A stretch of DNA of 64,000 nt from Sphaerodactylus townsendi (lineage: Eukaryota). The stretch covers positions 117,242,001 through 117,306,000 of the forward strand of contig NC_059425.1 of NCBI RefSeq assembly GCF_021028975.2, written 5' to 3'. The position numbers were made by a program, and so were the translations under genes. Positions 39,513 to 53,018 of the stretch are shown here, piece after piece; positions within the stretch are counted from its first letter, which is position 1, and each line of letters begins with the position of its first letter. A model generated the notes under the pieces. The model searched no databases and was not told where the DNA came from. It saw only the letters and a program-made list of their open reading frames with translations.

Positions 39513-39978
39513 TATCACTATGTAAGTCACACAGCGAATACTTTTCTTATTAGTAGAACTGGAGAAGAACAAAGGTACCATACAACTCTGGGGAGGAAAG
39601 GGAAAATGGAGAAAATCCTGGTTTACATGCATACATTCATGTGTTAATTTTGGTAACACCAGAACCTGTAAAGGTTGCCACCTGCGGCTAACATCAAGGA
39701 TTGATGGGGCAGCTCTGTAATCAATGTGCAGGTCACACTTGGTCATGCATCTAATTAAGTGTGCTCTATTACATGAACACAGTAAGTTTACTAGTTTTCT
39801 AAAAGGTACGCAACTCTTTATTTGTGACTGGGTCTCATATATATTGATTTTAAAATGGTTCTATCCCTTTTACTTCTACCTGCTTTTAGCATGTGATGGT
39901 TGAACAGAGAACATCATGTATTTTTTAATTCTAAGGACCCTACTGTTTAGTTAACTTTTAAGTTCTTTGTTAAAGTAC

Positions 39979-40150
39979 AGTGTAGTAGTTAGTCTGTCAG
40001 ACTAGATTCGAGTTCCCAGTCTTCCATGAAAGGTTGCTGGGTGATCTTGGATCAGTCACTCTCAGCTTAACCTAGCTCAGAAGATTGTTATGAAGATAAA
40101 ATGGTGGGCAGGAATGCATCATCTTCAGCTCCTACAAGGAAGGATGAGAT
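39979..40150 (+). mobile_element. Degenerate tRNA-derived SINE
   Basis: A/B-box remnants (gtgtagtagtt, gattcgagttccc) and a body related to 38190-38448. Confidence 0.55.
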
Positions 40151-41660
40151 TTTTTTTTAAAAAAAGTTAAAGCTACCCTTAAGTTATCCTCTTTTATGTC
40201 CAGTTTTAGCAGTAACAGGGAAAACCACAATGGCTTTGAAAAAATTGAACAGTGGAGAAATTTCTAGGACATGTAGATAATAGCAGAGATCTAACAACCT
40301 TCATGTGCAAGCAGAAACACCATGATGTACACACACAACACTAACTGATTGCCCTTTGGACCTTCACCAGTGATTTTACAAGAAACTGAGCATCATCACC
40401 TTTCATTGTAGTTATCACTGAAAAGTAGTTACAAAATTGCTCTGAAAGAGTAAACATCTTAGTTTGGATACGATCTGAAAGAAAATCCCTCATGAAGAGT
40501 CTTTTTAAAATCAAATTTGGCACGAGGAGGAAGATTCTGGCATGCCTCTTGCCTGTCTTCAATTTTATCCCCACTGATTAAGGGGGGGGGGAGGAATGAG
40601 ACTAAATCCATACTGAATTAATCTGCTGGTGAAATAGTCTTGGACCCATACAAAAATGCAGCTGCATTTAAGTCAATTCATTTTATACATACTTCTACTG
40701 ACAAAGGAATTCTTGAATCTGAGAACTGTATGGATTATGCCTTTCAGAAACAATTTCTTCCAGAAGGTGTCACCAGAACACAACCAATGCTTAGGAGCTA
40801 CTCTTGTAGTAAATACTGGTAATCAAAAGATTGAAAATTATAGGTTTTTTAAAAAGCCTCTAAAGACAACATAAAGTACTTCTGAGTGTTATGTTAAAGC
40901 TGTTGTTAATTAAAGCCAAGAACAAGACCTTGGGTCAGTCCAGCAAGACTTTTGGCATATTAATTGAACTGAGAATGCAAAAAGACTGCCTGCTGCCTGT
41001 GCCCTTGTGAAACATTTAGAAAAACCTTTGTTACTAAAAACAAATACAGATTATTGTTTCAAACCATACTCCACTGCAGTCAATGATGCAAGACTTGGCA
41101 TAACAGCAAACCCCATTGAAGTCTATGGTGGAAAAAACAATTTTTCCCACCATAGAACTTGCTAAAGAGAGCTGGGAGGTTCTGTGAAACCAATGGGGAA
41201 TTTCTGGGAAAGGGCTATGGGGTGCACATTTTTCACGGTAGAGGCACATAACCTTCAGAGCATCTTCAGGAGACTCTCCTGATGTACCCTCAAAAGGGTA
41301 ACACCAATTTCCTGTTGACTCACATCGCAAACAATAGAGGACGAGGCAACCATTTTGAGGGTCCATAACATTCCCTCCCTGACCCAAACTTTACCAAACA
41401 CAGAGGGCATCATCAGGATATTCCCTGAACCATACCATGAAATTTTGGTGCACCTATCTTTAAAAATGCGCTACCTGCAGGCCGAAATGTGAAAAGCCAC
41501 CAAATAATACAAAAAATTCAAACGGACCCAATTTTTTCGGATACACCAGAATATTCGGGCATATCCGAATATGTTATTTGTCTTATTTGGGCATACAGAT
41601 AATTTTATGGCTGAATAATTCTGAATTTTACCCAATTTTTAGGGTATTTATCAAGCAGAG

Positions 41661-41740
41661 TTAGGGTTAAGGCTGGGGCAGGGGCTTAGTTTCGGGTTAG
41701 GGTTACATTGAGTTATAGGGTTAGAGTTTGGGTTCGGGTG
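41661..41740 (+). repeat. Degenerate TTAGGG-like repeat patch
   Basis: ttagggttaagg...ttcgggttagggtta...tatagggttagagtttgggttcggg. Confidence 0.6.
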
Positions 41741-42824
41741 ACTATGACTGTAACTGTTCGGGTGACTATGACCAAACTCTTGGGGAAAATTGAGCCATTC
41801 TAACCCAATGGCATATTCCAGAATGTTTACAACACATAAGACTACTACATAAAAATTTTATACAAAGATTCTTGGCTCAATTTCATTTAAATTAAAAAAA
41901 TGAATAGTTCAATCAGGGAGGATTAGACAAAATAACGTGTTTAAATAATTTCTTCAATTTTGAAAACAATTTGTTTCATAACTTCCATTAATTTCACAAC
42001 TAATTCTATCATTTTCTGGTTCCTATAGTTTTGCAGGGATTTGGTCAATTTAGTACCTTTTAGATGACTATAATTTATTTCAATAATATGGTGTCCAAGA
42101 GGGCTACATAAACAATAAAAATTTTCCCAGAGTACAAACAGGTAAGCAAGTGTGTCCAGAACATTATATCTATGCAAGCACAATCTCTCCTAGAGTGGTA
42201 CTTGTTTGTATCTGCCATAAGAAATGTTAGGAAAAAAATGTTTAAACAAGCCAACAAAAACGCTTCGTGAGCAGAGAAGGAACTTGATAGTAAAGTAGGA
42301 TGGTAAAATGTTGTAGGAGAGGATCATACTGTGGATTTGTGGTGAACATATTCTTTGAGTGGCAGGCTCCAAGATTGCTTCTTCTGATCCTCCAGTCTCT
42401 CAGTTATCAGTCTCAGTATGGATCTTTCCTCATAGCCTTCATTTCAATATCACTTCAATATCAATTCCTATGTGGTCCAATTTTTGTAGGATAGTTTTAG
42501 ACCAGCATGATGCATAAGGGTTTCTCATCATGCGTATTAAGCTCATTGAGTAAGCATGAAAATCCTACGTTAGGTTGGCAGTGTGCCAAAAATGTTTATC
42601 AAGCCTGGCTATATTGTCCACCAAAAGTGATGTGGTAAACAACAATAATTATGGCTGTGAGAAGTTTTGCTGGGGGGAAAAATGAGAAAAGTTCAATTGC
42701 AGTAAATTCTCTGTTGTGTTTCCCTCTTACTGGAATGCTGATGGTTTGAGATTGAGAGCATTCTTGCCATGAAATGGCTCCCATCATGCTTGAGTTAATT
42801 AAAATATGTCTTCCTAAAATCTAA

Positions 42825-42944
42825 GGCTGATTCCGAATGGGCCAAAAACAGCAGTGTGAAAACAGTGTGAAAATGGTGTAAAAGGGTTTATACTGTTTTC
42901 ACACCGTTTTCACACCACTGTTTTTGGCCCATGCAGAAGCAGCC
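42825..42944. mobile_element. 120-bp palindromic Harbinger-like MITE
   Basis: GGCTG..ATGGGCCAAAAACAG / CTGTTTTTGGCCCAT..CAGCC with flanks TAA/TGA. Confidence 0.75.
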
Positions 42945-43018
42945 TGACATACATGTCTGACCGTGAACTCCCTTGGCTCCTGACAGCAAAAGGAATTCCA
43001 GGAAGACATGATCACCCT

Positions 43019-43471
43019 TGTAGTCGACCCACGTGGTCAGCGTAAGAACGAGACGAGACGCGGAGATAACATCTGGTGGAGATCGCCAGCAGCGGGAGCC
43101 CGGAGGTCCGTGTTCCTAGCGAGTCTCCCGCGTGCCGGTTCCTGGCACCTTTTATTGTTATTCTATCGGGGGCGTGTAGGAGGGAGGACCGGGGGGAGTT
43201 CCGGGAGAGCGGGAGGCGGGAGGTCGGGAGATCATCATGTGATGCATGATCTCACCTGGCTACGTGCGGAGAGGAGCGTAAGCGTCTGAGCCTAATCCTC
43301 ACCTGGGGGCAAGACCATTGTCCCTGCGCCCGGTGACTGAGCCAGACAGTTCATGACCCGTGACTCATAGGGGGATGAGGAGTGGGGGTGCGGTGCGACC
43401 AGAAGGCCGTAGGTCCGTTGGCGTTCCAACGTTCTACCACGGTGCTGCTGGGTCAGCAGTGCATTACTACA
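43019..43471 (-). mobile_element. Solo LTR (453 bp), CpG-rich, with 6-bp TSD
   Basis: Termini TGTAGT...ACTACA. TSD CACCCT at 43013-43018 and 43472-43477. AATAAA on the minus strand at 43151-43156, from which the orientation is inferred. Confidence 0.85.
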
Positions 43472-45459
43472 CACCCTGAATTCCCCACCACCTTAATAAA
43501 TCGCCCATTCTTCTTAGGGAAGTCATCTACTCTCTCATCTCTCTGACTGGTCTCACCATCACGATATAGGGCCTCATGGCTTCTGTTAATGAAATTCTCT
43601 CAATTGTGATCTCATAAAGGGTAGCAATCCAAACCTCCAGGCTCTGAACCTTCGCTTCTATGAGCCCAATTCATAGATATTAGATAAGATAATTTCAAAG
43701 TATTTATTTATTTATTAACAATGTAGATGTTAACACTAATTATTCCTATTGTTTAAAAGATGTGTTGATCATATATGTAAATTATATATGTTAATTACAT
43801 ATGTATATTATGCGTGTATATTATATATGATAATTATGTATAAAAAGAAAACTATGTCTACAATATATGGAAGGTGTCGTTTTGTACTTTTTGCCTCCCT
43901 CCAAAAAATGTAGATTTGGCTCTGGTATACTGCTGCGTGCTTAGCTGCATAAAGAGAACAAATTGAAACTGCTACCTAATTCTACTTTCCCCCACCTCTG
44001 TATATCTTTCCCAGCTTCCTTCTGTCAGATGCTACTCCAGGAAAAGTATCATTACAGGCCACCAACACTTGATGGCAAGTGCAACAGGTTTCACAGATTT
44101 TTTTCACAGTATAATGGAAATGTAAATCTGACATACTTTCTCTAATACTCATTCCTAGACTGTGAGTTTTAGCTACATCAGGGTGTGATAAATTTATTCC
44201 ATAAACAAGTCAGCTCATTGCTACACATAATTCTGTAGCTACATATACAAGATCACATTTGCTATGCTAAATTAATCCAAAGTGCTACTATCCCCGGATT
44301 GCTCATTCACAATTTCTAATGTTTTTGGAGACACAACTTCATTCAGAAGCATTCTTTGAAAAAAATATTTTAGTCACTCTAAACTTCTTCGAAGTACTCC
44401 CAAAATTGCAATTAAGAGAACAATATGGTAATTACAAAGGATAAACAGTCCATTTTAAGAAACCTGAAATGTGTGTATAATTCAACTGACTGCCAGCCTG
44501 TTACCTGCAAATCCTTCCCCTTCAGTATTTCAAACTACAGTGGTGTCAGAATGTTCACAAACTTTGCAAAGTACGAATCCGAGTCAAGCTGAGAATGTTG
44601 TAGATCACTAATGCTGCTTCACTAGCAGTTCATTCTTGATCTGGCAGTTTGCCTTTACATTTAAACTACAGGGACCAAAATAAAGTAATGGGCAACCCTA
44701 TCCAAGTGGGAGTTGGCAGGCCACATCAATGGTGTGGCATTATCCCACCGTTCCATAGAGGCTTCCCAACAGCATGGGGAGGTTCACAATGTGCAAAAGT
44801 CTCTCTGCCGATGAGAAATCTCAAAGGGCTGCAATGAACATACCCCACTCCAAATGCTGGCTTAAGTACGAACTGATGCCAGCTGGCGTAACACTGGTAT
44901 AGGCCGAGGGGGAGCTAACTAAGGCTGGCTTCTCCCCAGGCCATGTCCGCAGTCAACCCCCAGTCCACTGGCTGTGGCAGAAGGGGCCCTGCAACACTGG
45001 CACAGCATCCCAGAGAGGGCAAATCCACCAGCATGGTGGCATGCTGCTCCAAAGAATGGATTCACCTTCACCACCACCCCTTTGGGCTCTCAGGATGAAC
45101 GAGAAACTGTGAAGTTGGTGAAACAGGCTGTGTGCTTTTGATACGAGAGAGATGGAGAAGGACTGGGAATATTTGCAGTTTCAAAGATTTGTACATATAA
45201 ATTGTTCTTCAGAATAATTTGCAACTTATTCAGAAGCCCCACACAGCCAGTGAAATGGGAGTTGATTCATCCTGTGGTGTACCTCCCCATACCCTGGAAT
45301 ATGTGTATTTAAAAGTCAGGTTATTCCTATCTGATGCCCTAACCTAGTTAGCTTTGCTCTAACCCGGTTGTCTACTGTTATTTTCCTTGATAGAAAAAAC
45401 AAATGCAAACATTGGTCCTTTCTGAAGAGCATAAATAAACCGTTTTCGCTTTTTTTGTC

Positions 45460-46130
45460 TGCATAGCACTTTCCCTGGCAATACTCTTTTTGTCTGCACA
45501 GCGCATTGCCAGGGAAAGTGTGTCCCCCCCCCCCCCTTAGCTCTCACTTCCATTTTCACTGCAGCTTGTGCCTGGTGTTTGTGATTTGTGCCACCTGCCA
45601 TTTGGTGAAGGTTTCCCTCAGAGTTTTTTTCTGCTTGCAGCTCATCTGCCTGCCATTTCCATGTTAAAAGTATGTGAATAAAGTTAGTTTTGACTGCCAA
45701 CTGTGTCGTTTTTTTCTCTTTTTTTAATTTGAGGGAGGTATCTTCAAGTCTACAATGACATGATATGAGAATCTGAAATATATGCATATTTCAAGTCATC
45801 GCAGCTTCAAAGACACCTCCCACAAAAAAGGGGGAAATGTCACGTGCAATGAATCAGCTGTCAAAAACAACTTTATCCGTGTACTTTTTACACAGAAATG
45901 ACAGGCAGATATGCTGCAAGCAAAGAAAACCTTCAAGGGAACCTTCTGCAAATGGTGGGCTGCATGGAGAATCCCTGGAGCAGCAGAAAATGGTTGGTGC
46001 GAACTGTGAAAAAAACAAAAGTGAGAGCTTTAAACTCAGGTGGTAAAAATAAAACACTTCCTTGCTCTGTACAAGATAGCTTGTTTAGTGTTTTCTTTAA
46101 AAACTGGGTTGAGAAGAAATAAAATGTCCT
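45460..46130. mobile_element. Foldback element related to 16465-17215
   Basis: Arms mirror around ~45775 and share the motif ACCTTCTGCAAATGGTGGGCTGCATGGAG with ~17053-17082. Confidence 0.6.
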
Positions 46131-48254
46131 GAAGACATCTTGGGGGGGGGGGGGAGCTGTGTGGAGTTCCACCCCAAAATGCTTCTTTTAATGAGATCCA
46201 ACAGGAGAAGAAATAGTTCTTCCACTAATCAAACTGCTTGAAAGGAACTGCAAAAAACCGATGACTATGAAAAACCTTTGGCTAAGGAAATAATTCATAA
46301 CTGGTGTGAATGACTAGTGATGATGAGCAATTGAGTTACTCTGCCCAGTCAAGCATTCATTTAGATCTACATCTCCAAAGCAAGTGCTGAAAATAAGACA
46401 CCTGTTTTAATACTTTGCTGAAAGAGCATCCAGACTGTGCTTCTAGTCAAATAATTTCTTGGATCATATTAACACTTTTGATACAGAACGTGCTGATTTG
46501 CTTCTGTGCTTTGATTGTATCTAATATGAGTTAACCTGAAAGGGTTCAGGCCAGTCACAGTTAAGCATCATACATCTGACTAATTGCAATGGAAGTGTTA
46601 AGTGAGTGCATAATACTCACTCATGAAAATTACAGTGTGTGGTGCAGATCATTAAATAGAAGATCACACTAAGATTTGTCAGGAAATTCTAAGTCATAAA
46701 CCATGATATGACAGCAAGCTTCACAAAATACACTGGCATTTTTTTTGCAGATATTCCTTTAATTGTGCAAGGAATTATTTTGATTGAAATCCCCAAACCA
46801 TCAATGCATTTCAGTTAGATTTCCTGGTCCAGCTGAGGTGATTTCATATGCACAGAAAACCCATTTCCCAACATATCCATAACACAGGCTCGTTAATCTG
46901 CTATTTGAAATGGGTTGCACATAAAATGGATATGAAGCTCTTAAATGACAAAAGGGAAGGCACTCTTGTGTGGTATGAAAACTTGAACAGACATTTCAGC
47001 AAACATGCATGACGATGGGGTGATTGCATAAATTAATAGCACACCAGAAAACCTTCTGATGCGCTGTGGCTCCTAACAGACTGACAGAAACAATCAGGTC
47101 CTTCCATTGCAAGTGGTTGGGGTCTGGGAAATTCATCAATTTCTGCCTGATCTGCCTACTGGATAGGGTTGGCTCTGCTTCCAGTAGCAACAACAACAAA
47201 AGTCTCATATGATGGGTGTGGTCAGCTGTGAATGGTTGTGCACGCTGTAAACATGGTGATGATGCACACTGTTGGCACTATACCAATGTAAACATGGTTT
47301 CCAGATAAGACAAGATTTGTCTCCCTGACAGCGTGGTACTATAGTACTGCAAAGCAAGAGACAAGCATTCCAGCCATGATGGTGGCAAATCTATTTTTAG
47401 AACCATCACGAAATTCTTTTTACAGTTCTATACTATTTGAATGCAGCTTTCTTGGTCAATTTTTTATTCAGTTTATTTAACACTGTAGTGGGATATTACA
47501 CCAAAGGCATAAGCAACACTCTGCCCTTTTCCTACTAAGTGTAATAACAGTTATATGAAGAAGAAGAAGAAGAATTTATATTCAGAAGCTGTACACAGGG
47601 ATTGCTAATGCAGACTGCTAGTAGCTAAATATATCTCATCTTAGCCAATGCTTCAAGACAGTGGGCTAAAATAGCTGATTTATATCTGATTGATGATGCA
47701 AGTTTTTTAAAGGCCTCCTTTATCTGTGACTGTAAAGAAAAGATGGCAACTACCTCTTCCTTTGAGCAAAGCAAAATCTTTCTGTCTTCCAGGCCTCAAA
47801 CTGAAAAAAGCAACATTGAACACCCCTAACAACAGACTGCACATTTGAATTCTTAGTAGCCAACAACCAATTCCCCCCACCCCAACAATCTTTGAACTGA
47901 CACGAATACTTCAGATTCCTAAGCACTAACATCAGGATTCTAACTGCTCAAGATTATGCTATCTCATTAAGAGAAAAAGATGCCATTATTTCTACATCGC
48001 CATCTTTTCTCTGCCCAAACAGCTGAAGGTTTTCTACTTGAATAGCTGATTTGTTCTTCAAAACACAGAGGAACTTTTGTCAAGACTGTACCAGCTTTTC
48101 CTCATGGAAAGTGTTAGAAGAGAAATGTGAACATCTGCTGGAAAATATATTTCAAAATACACATATTAGAAGAGTATTCTGGTAAATGGGAAGGGATGTT
48201 CCCTCCCTGATGGTACAGGCTTGGGAAAGATTTTTTTAAAATTGCAATTGCCAC

Positions 48255-49490
48255 CAAAGAAGTAGCTAGGGAAAATGGAGCGTAGGGCATAATCTGAGTT
48301 TTCCACCCCCCACCTCGCCTCACCCCCGTATGAGTGGCCACCTTCCCCCATCATGACCAAACAAAGTTTTTTTGCAACAGGTCATCTCAAAGTCACCATC
48401 ACATTATAGAACATGCCCTAACTCACAAATCTGGGTAAAAGCCGGATCCAGAGGATTTTAAACAGATTCTCATGAATTTATATGATTTTTCCATTGAAAT
48501 GAAATGAAACCACCATGAAACTATAGAACATGTCTTAGTCTACAGGCAGCACCAAAACAATCACACATCCCGCGCTCTGTGGCACCGCAGTGGTGCAAAA
48601 AGCTGCTTGGAAAACATGGATTCTCATGATTTTTGCACTTGGACACCTCAAAATCACCAGCACATCACAGCTCATGCCCCTGGCAACATGTCTGAAGACA
48701 ACGATCAAACAGCCAATGCTCTGTGGCACTGCAGTGGCACAAAAACCTGCTTGGAAACACATATTCTCAAGGATCCTCATGAGTTTTGCACTAAGTCACC
48801 CCTAAAACACCAGCACATCACAGCTAAAGCCCCTGGTTAAATGTTTGAACACAACAATCATGTGTCCCATGCTCTGTGGTGCCACAGTGGCTCAAAAATA
48901 TGCTTGAAAAAAAAGGGTGGCAGGGGGTGGCTAGAGGTGGGGGGAAGTGGCAATGAGTGGTGGGAGGGAAGGCCTCTGCCAGGCCTCTGTGGGCTCTGCT
49001 GGCCTTTGAGTATGGCATGGGAGGAAGGGAAGGCCTCTGCCGGGCCCTCGCAGGCCCAACTGACCCAACTGGCCTTTTGCCATGGCATGGGGGGAATGGA
49101 AGGCCTCTGCCAGGCCCCGCTGGCCTTTTGGCATGATGTGGGGGAAAGGGAAGGCCTCTGCTGGGCCCCTGCAACCCCCACTGGCTTTTTGGCATAGCAT
49201 GGGGGGAGGGACCAGGCCGTGCCCCACCCCCATGCCCCACTTATCTTAGGCAGTGCAGTGGCAGTCTCGGGCAGCCTGGTGGGGCCGGCCCAGGCCTAGC
49301 AGTGCTAAGGGGCACCAGATTGCAGCGCCATCAGGCTGCTATTTCAGCAGCAGTCTGGAGGGGCCAAGCCGGGCTGAGTGGGGAAGGAGGAGGTGTGTAT
49401 GTGGGGGGTGATTTTTCACCCCCACGTGGCCCAATGGCAGCATGCCTGGGGTGTTTGTCCCCACCTGGCCCTGTTATAGCTATGCCTCTG
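48255..49490. mobile_element. Non-autonomous hAT element with internal tandem arrays
   Basis: Termini CAAAGAAGTAGCTA / TAGCTATGCCTCTG, 8-bp TSD attgccac/attgccat. About 2.4 units of ~145 bp (48550-48910) and 4 units of ~55-60 bp (48965-49205). Confidence 0.75.
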
Positions 49491-49655
49491 ATTGCCATTA
49501 TAGTGGCCTTTGGAATACACATTCCTTTGTTCCATCCTAATTCTAGTCAGACAAGATTTGCAACTTTCTGAAGCACTACAAAAGTTGTTTAGCTGGAGTC
49601 AGTTGAGGATACAATGGAAGAGATGATGGTGAACTCATAGTCTGAATCTCCCTTA

Positions 49656-49935
49656 GGCCGTTTCCGCGCGGCCCTTTTATGGCGCCCTGGGGACGGCAAA
49701 AACCCCTGGAGGTCGGAGGGCAGCGTGGGCGGGGCTTCGGAGGCCAGCAGGCCGACGACGGGGACAAGGTGAGTGGGACAGGGAAGGGGGCAGAGGCGGC
49801 TCCATGCGGAGCCGCCTGTCGTCCGCCGGCCTCTCCTGCGGCCGCTCGCACGCTTGCGTGCAAACGGCCTCCGCCCCCACGCCGGCAGAATTCTTGCCGG
49901 TGTGGGGGCGCCTGGGGGGCCATGCGGAAACGGCC
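49656..49935. mobile_element. PIF/Harbinger-like MITE, same family as 12368-12795
   Basis: TIR GGCCGTTTCCGC/GCGGAAACGGCC with perfect TTA TSD. Confidence 0.88.
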
Positions 49936-50044
49936 TTAGAAAACTAAAATCTCTCTACAGCTTCAGTCACACACACTCACTAGAAAACACCAGCTTTGTT
50001 AATGGTAAGATCACTCCCATGATCCTAAGGGGCAGTTATGAGAA

Positions 50045-50145
50045 TGTGTATGCATGTATGTGTATGCATAGTGTGTATGTATATGTGTATGTAAGTATAT
50101 GTATAGTGTACGTGTGTGTATGTGTATGTGTGTGTGTATGTATAG
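50045..50145. repeat. Imperfect (TG/TA)n microsatellite
   Basis: Seen directly. Confidence 0.9.
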
Positions 50146-53018
50146 TGAAGGTTTGTTTTAAACAAGGCTCCAACAGGGACAAAATAAAATCCAGGCAGAA
50201 GACAGCTGGCATCTAAAGAGGACTGACTCAAACATTAACCTCATAATTCCTCCTCACACCCTTAGTGAAATACAAGCTGCAGAACAATGGATCACCTGCC
50301 AGAAACTACTTATCTCATCATGACTGATGTAATTTCCTCTCTCTGAAAATATCTCTTGAATAGAGCTGATACTAACATACCCCTTGCAACAGTCATCATT
50401 TAATAAGGACCATCAATATTTTGCCTCACCTTGAAACCATTTTCGAAGGAATTGGATTCGGATGTAGCTGCTTAATGTGTTTTTTCACTAAGACCAAAGA
50501 CCACTATTCAGAAGTCTCTGGGAACATGCAGCACACTCTGATACTCTCAACAACCCATTGTTTTAATGAGGCATGCTCATCATCATTGCCTCCGGAGACA
50601 TTTCATCCTATAAGGTACAAAATAAACTTCACACATCATCTTTCTTCCTGAGTCAATATGTGCCAGTTGTGCATTGCTCTCTGTCCTTGGTCCTCTGGAC
50701 AGGGAACGTATCACGTAAACCAATTCCCTTTCTGTAACCCTCAGTCTACTCTTTATTCTCTTAGGCTCTATGTGCAACACTCTGTAATATCACTTCCTTC
50801 TCAATAAAATTCCTTATGATTTTCCTTGTTATTTCTGGGTCTAAACTCTTAACAAAGGTTCTTGATATACATTGGTGGAGCATAACAATTATAAAATACT
50901 TCATTCTCTGTACTTCCCTCCCATGTTCCAGCAATTTGAGGTATAAAGTTACCTTGCACGAAAATGCATTGTTCAAGCCATTTTATGTGAATCTTATTTG
51001 CACTTGTCTACCTGTTTTTGTTCCCTGTACTTCTGTCTCTCACTCCTTCTGGAGAGAATGTTGTCAGAAATAAGAGGTGTAAGCTAGAAATTCTTCCTAG
51101 GAAAGCCACCTCAATTCCAACCATGGTTCCATCTTAATTTTTTTTATTATAAACATCACAGTCTGTTAGATTATTTAATTTAAAGAATTTGTGTTGATGT
51201 TATTAATTTACATGAACTCGGCTGCAAAAATTAATGGTTCTAGGAATTTGGAGAATGTAGTTTTAAATTATTTGGAATGGATCTGAACAGCATTGTTACA
51301 AGGGGAAGCTAATGCTAGTTGAAAAGGGGAGTTACTTAATTGGTAGCATCCACTAATTTACACTTTTCTTGTTTTCTTTCCCAGTTTTTAGCAGAACAGA
51401 TTGTGCTGAGACTGTGTGGCCCGAAACACTGTCTTTATCCAGAAAATTGTTATTTTGGTTTCCAACAAGAGCAAAATAAGAATAAAGGTTAATTTAGTCT
51501 ATAAGACTAATAAAATAATAATAAAATGTCAAAAGAGACTTGTCAAAACAAAAAGAAATATATTGGGAGAGAGATCACATTAAATTATGTTCTGGAAAAG
51601 AGTGTTGATATGAAGGCTTGGATCCAGTGCAGCTTTTTCATAGGCAGAACCGTGGAGGGTGATTTTCTTATCCTCTCCTTTTCTACTGCAGCACAAAATG
51701 CCTCCCCAAATGCTAATCCTGGGGAACAAATAACCATTTCAGGGTCATTTTGACCTGCAGTAGGAGACAGAAGAGAAGAAAGTTGCTTCCTTCACTCAGC
51801 AAAATTTTCAGAATGTTATTGGGTCACGGATGAAGATATCAGCTCTTTTCCATTTCTGTCTTCATGAATGTCAAACTTTATTCCAGACTCCAGTACAAAC
51901 CCCATTTAATTCCTTCCACATGATCAGTTATTTGATATAAGCGCTTCTTGTAGCTGCTTGAGGCACTGGGTCCTTACTATTCAAGGATGTGACCACATGA
52001 AATAGCATGATTTATACCTCATCTGTTGGTGGTCTGTCTGCACTGAAGATTTATGGGAATTTGTTTGGGACAAGTTGCCAGTGGGCTACAACTCATACTA
52101 TGAAGAGGAAACAAATTTCCCTTCTTCAGGGGAATGACAAAAGCAAACCAAGTTCACATATCCCTACTGACCCAGAAAAAACCACACATTAGTATAGGAC
52201 TTCTAATGACAACTTCTAATGCTAAAACAACCAGTGATACAAATGTACCACAAATACAGGTCATACCCTAGTGCTTCATGTGCACTCCTAAATGCCTCAC
52301 AGAGCTCTTGTTCACAAAGAGCTTTCATAGTCACATGAATGTTGACTCAAGCTACACATGGGCTTTTTTTTAAAGATACAGAATTTCTGTTGCATTGAAA
52401 CTAATGAAGAATGTATTATGAGAAGAAGAGTTTAATGCATGCAGTGGAGCTCCTGTCCTTAGAAAGATTACACGATTGAGGTGCAGTGTTGACCAAAAGT
52501 ACACACAAGTGAGCTAACCGGCAGGACAGGCATGTTTAGAGCTTTGGGTTAGAAATTCCAAACCTCAATTGCAGGGTCACTTAACAGAAGTGTTTTTTTC
52601 CAGTCTTCCTCCAGTGGCCTTTCAACGTTGAAAGCTGATACAAGGGCTGGAGAAGGCACTTGGAGTAGATGCTATGAGGCCAAGGGGGATGTGGAGTCAT
52701 TGCCCTATGCGCCTTTCTTACTGCAGCCACTACCTTTCTCCTTGGCATTTTATCCATTAGGCTTTTTTGACTCCCCAAATCTGTTTTTGATCTTAAAATG
52801 CTGCTGATAGAAGGGGAACCCAGCAAAGAACTGTATCTGCTACTACCTTTTATTTCTTGTTCATAAGATCCAAGGCACTATGCAAAAAAAAAGTGTTAGA
52901 ATACGGTCATAAAATTCTAGACACTACTGTGTCAGAATATAGAGGGAGTATATTTGTAATATTTGAATGTTCTACACATCAAAAACCCTCCTTCATGTAG
53001 AAATCTAGCACACTATAG

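Noticed and set aside
41661-41740. True interstitial telomere or chromosome fusion site
   Set aside because: It is short, highly degenerate and in one orientation only, with no head-to-head junction.
48535-49210. Regularly spaced repeats resembling a CRISPR array
   Set aside because: These are diverged tandem units without unique spacers, inside a hAT element in a vertebrate genome with no cas genes.
51395-51440. CTGAG...CGAAAC hammerhead-like string
   Set aside because: It lacks the CUGAnGA spacing and convincing stems I and II.
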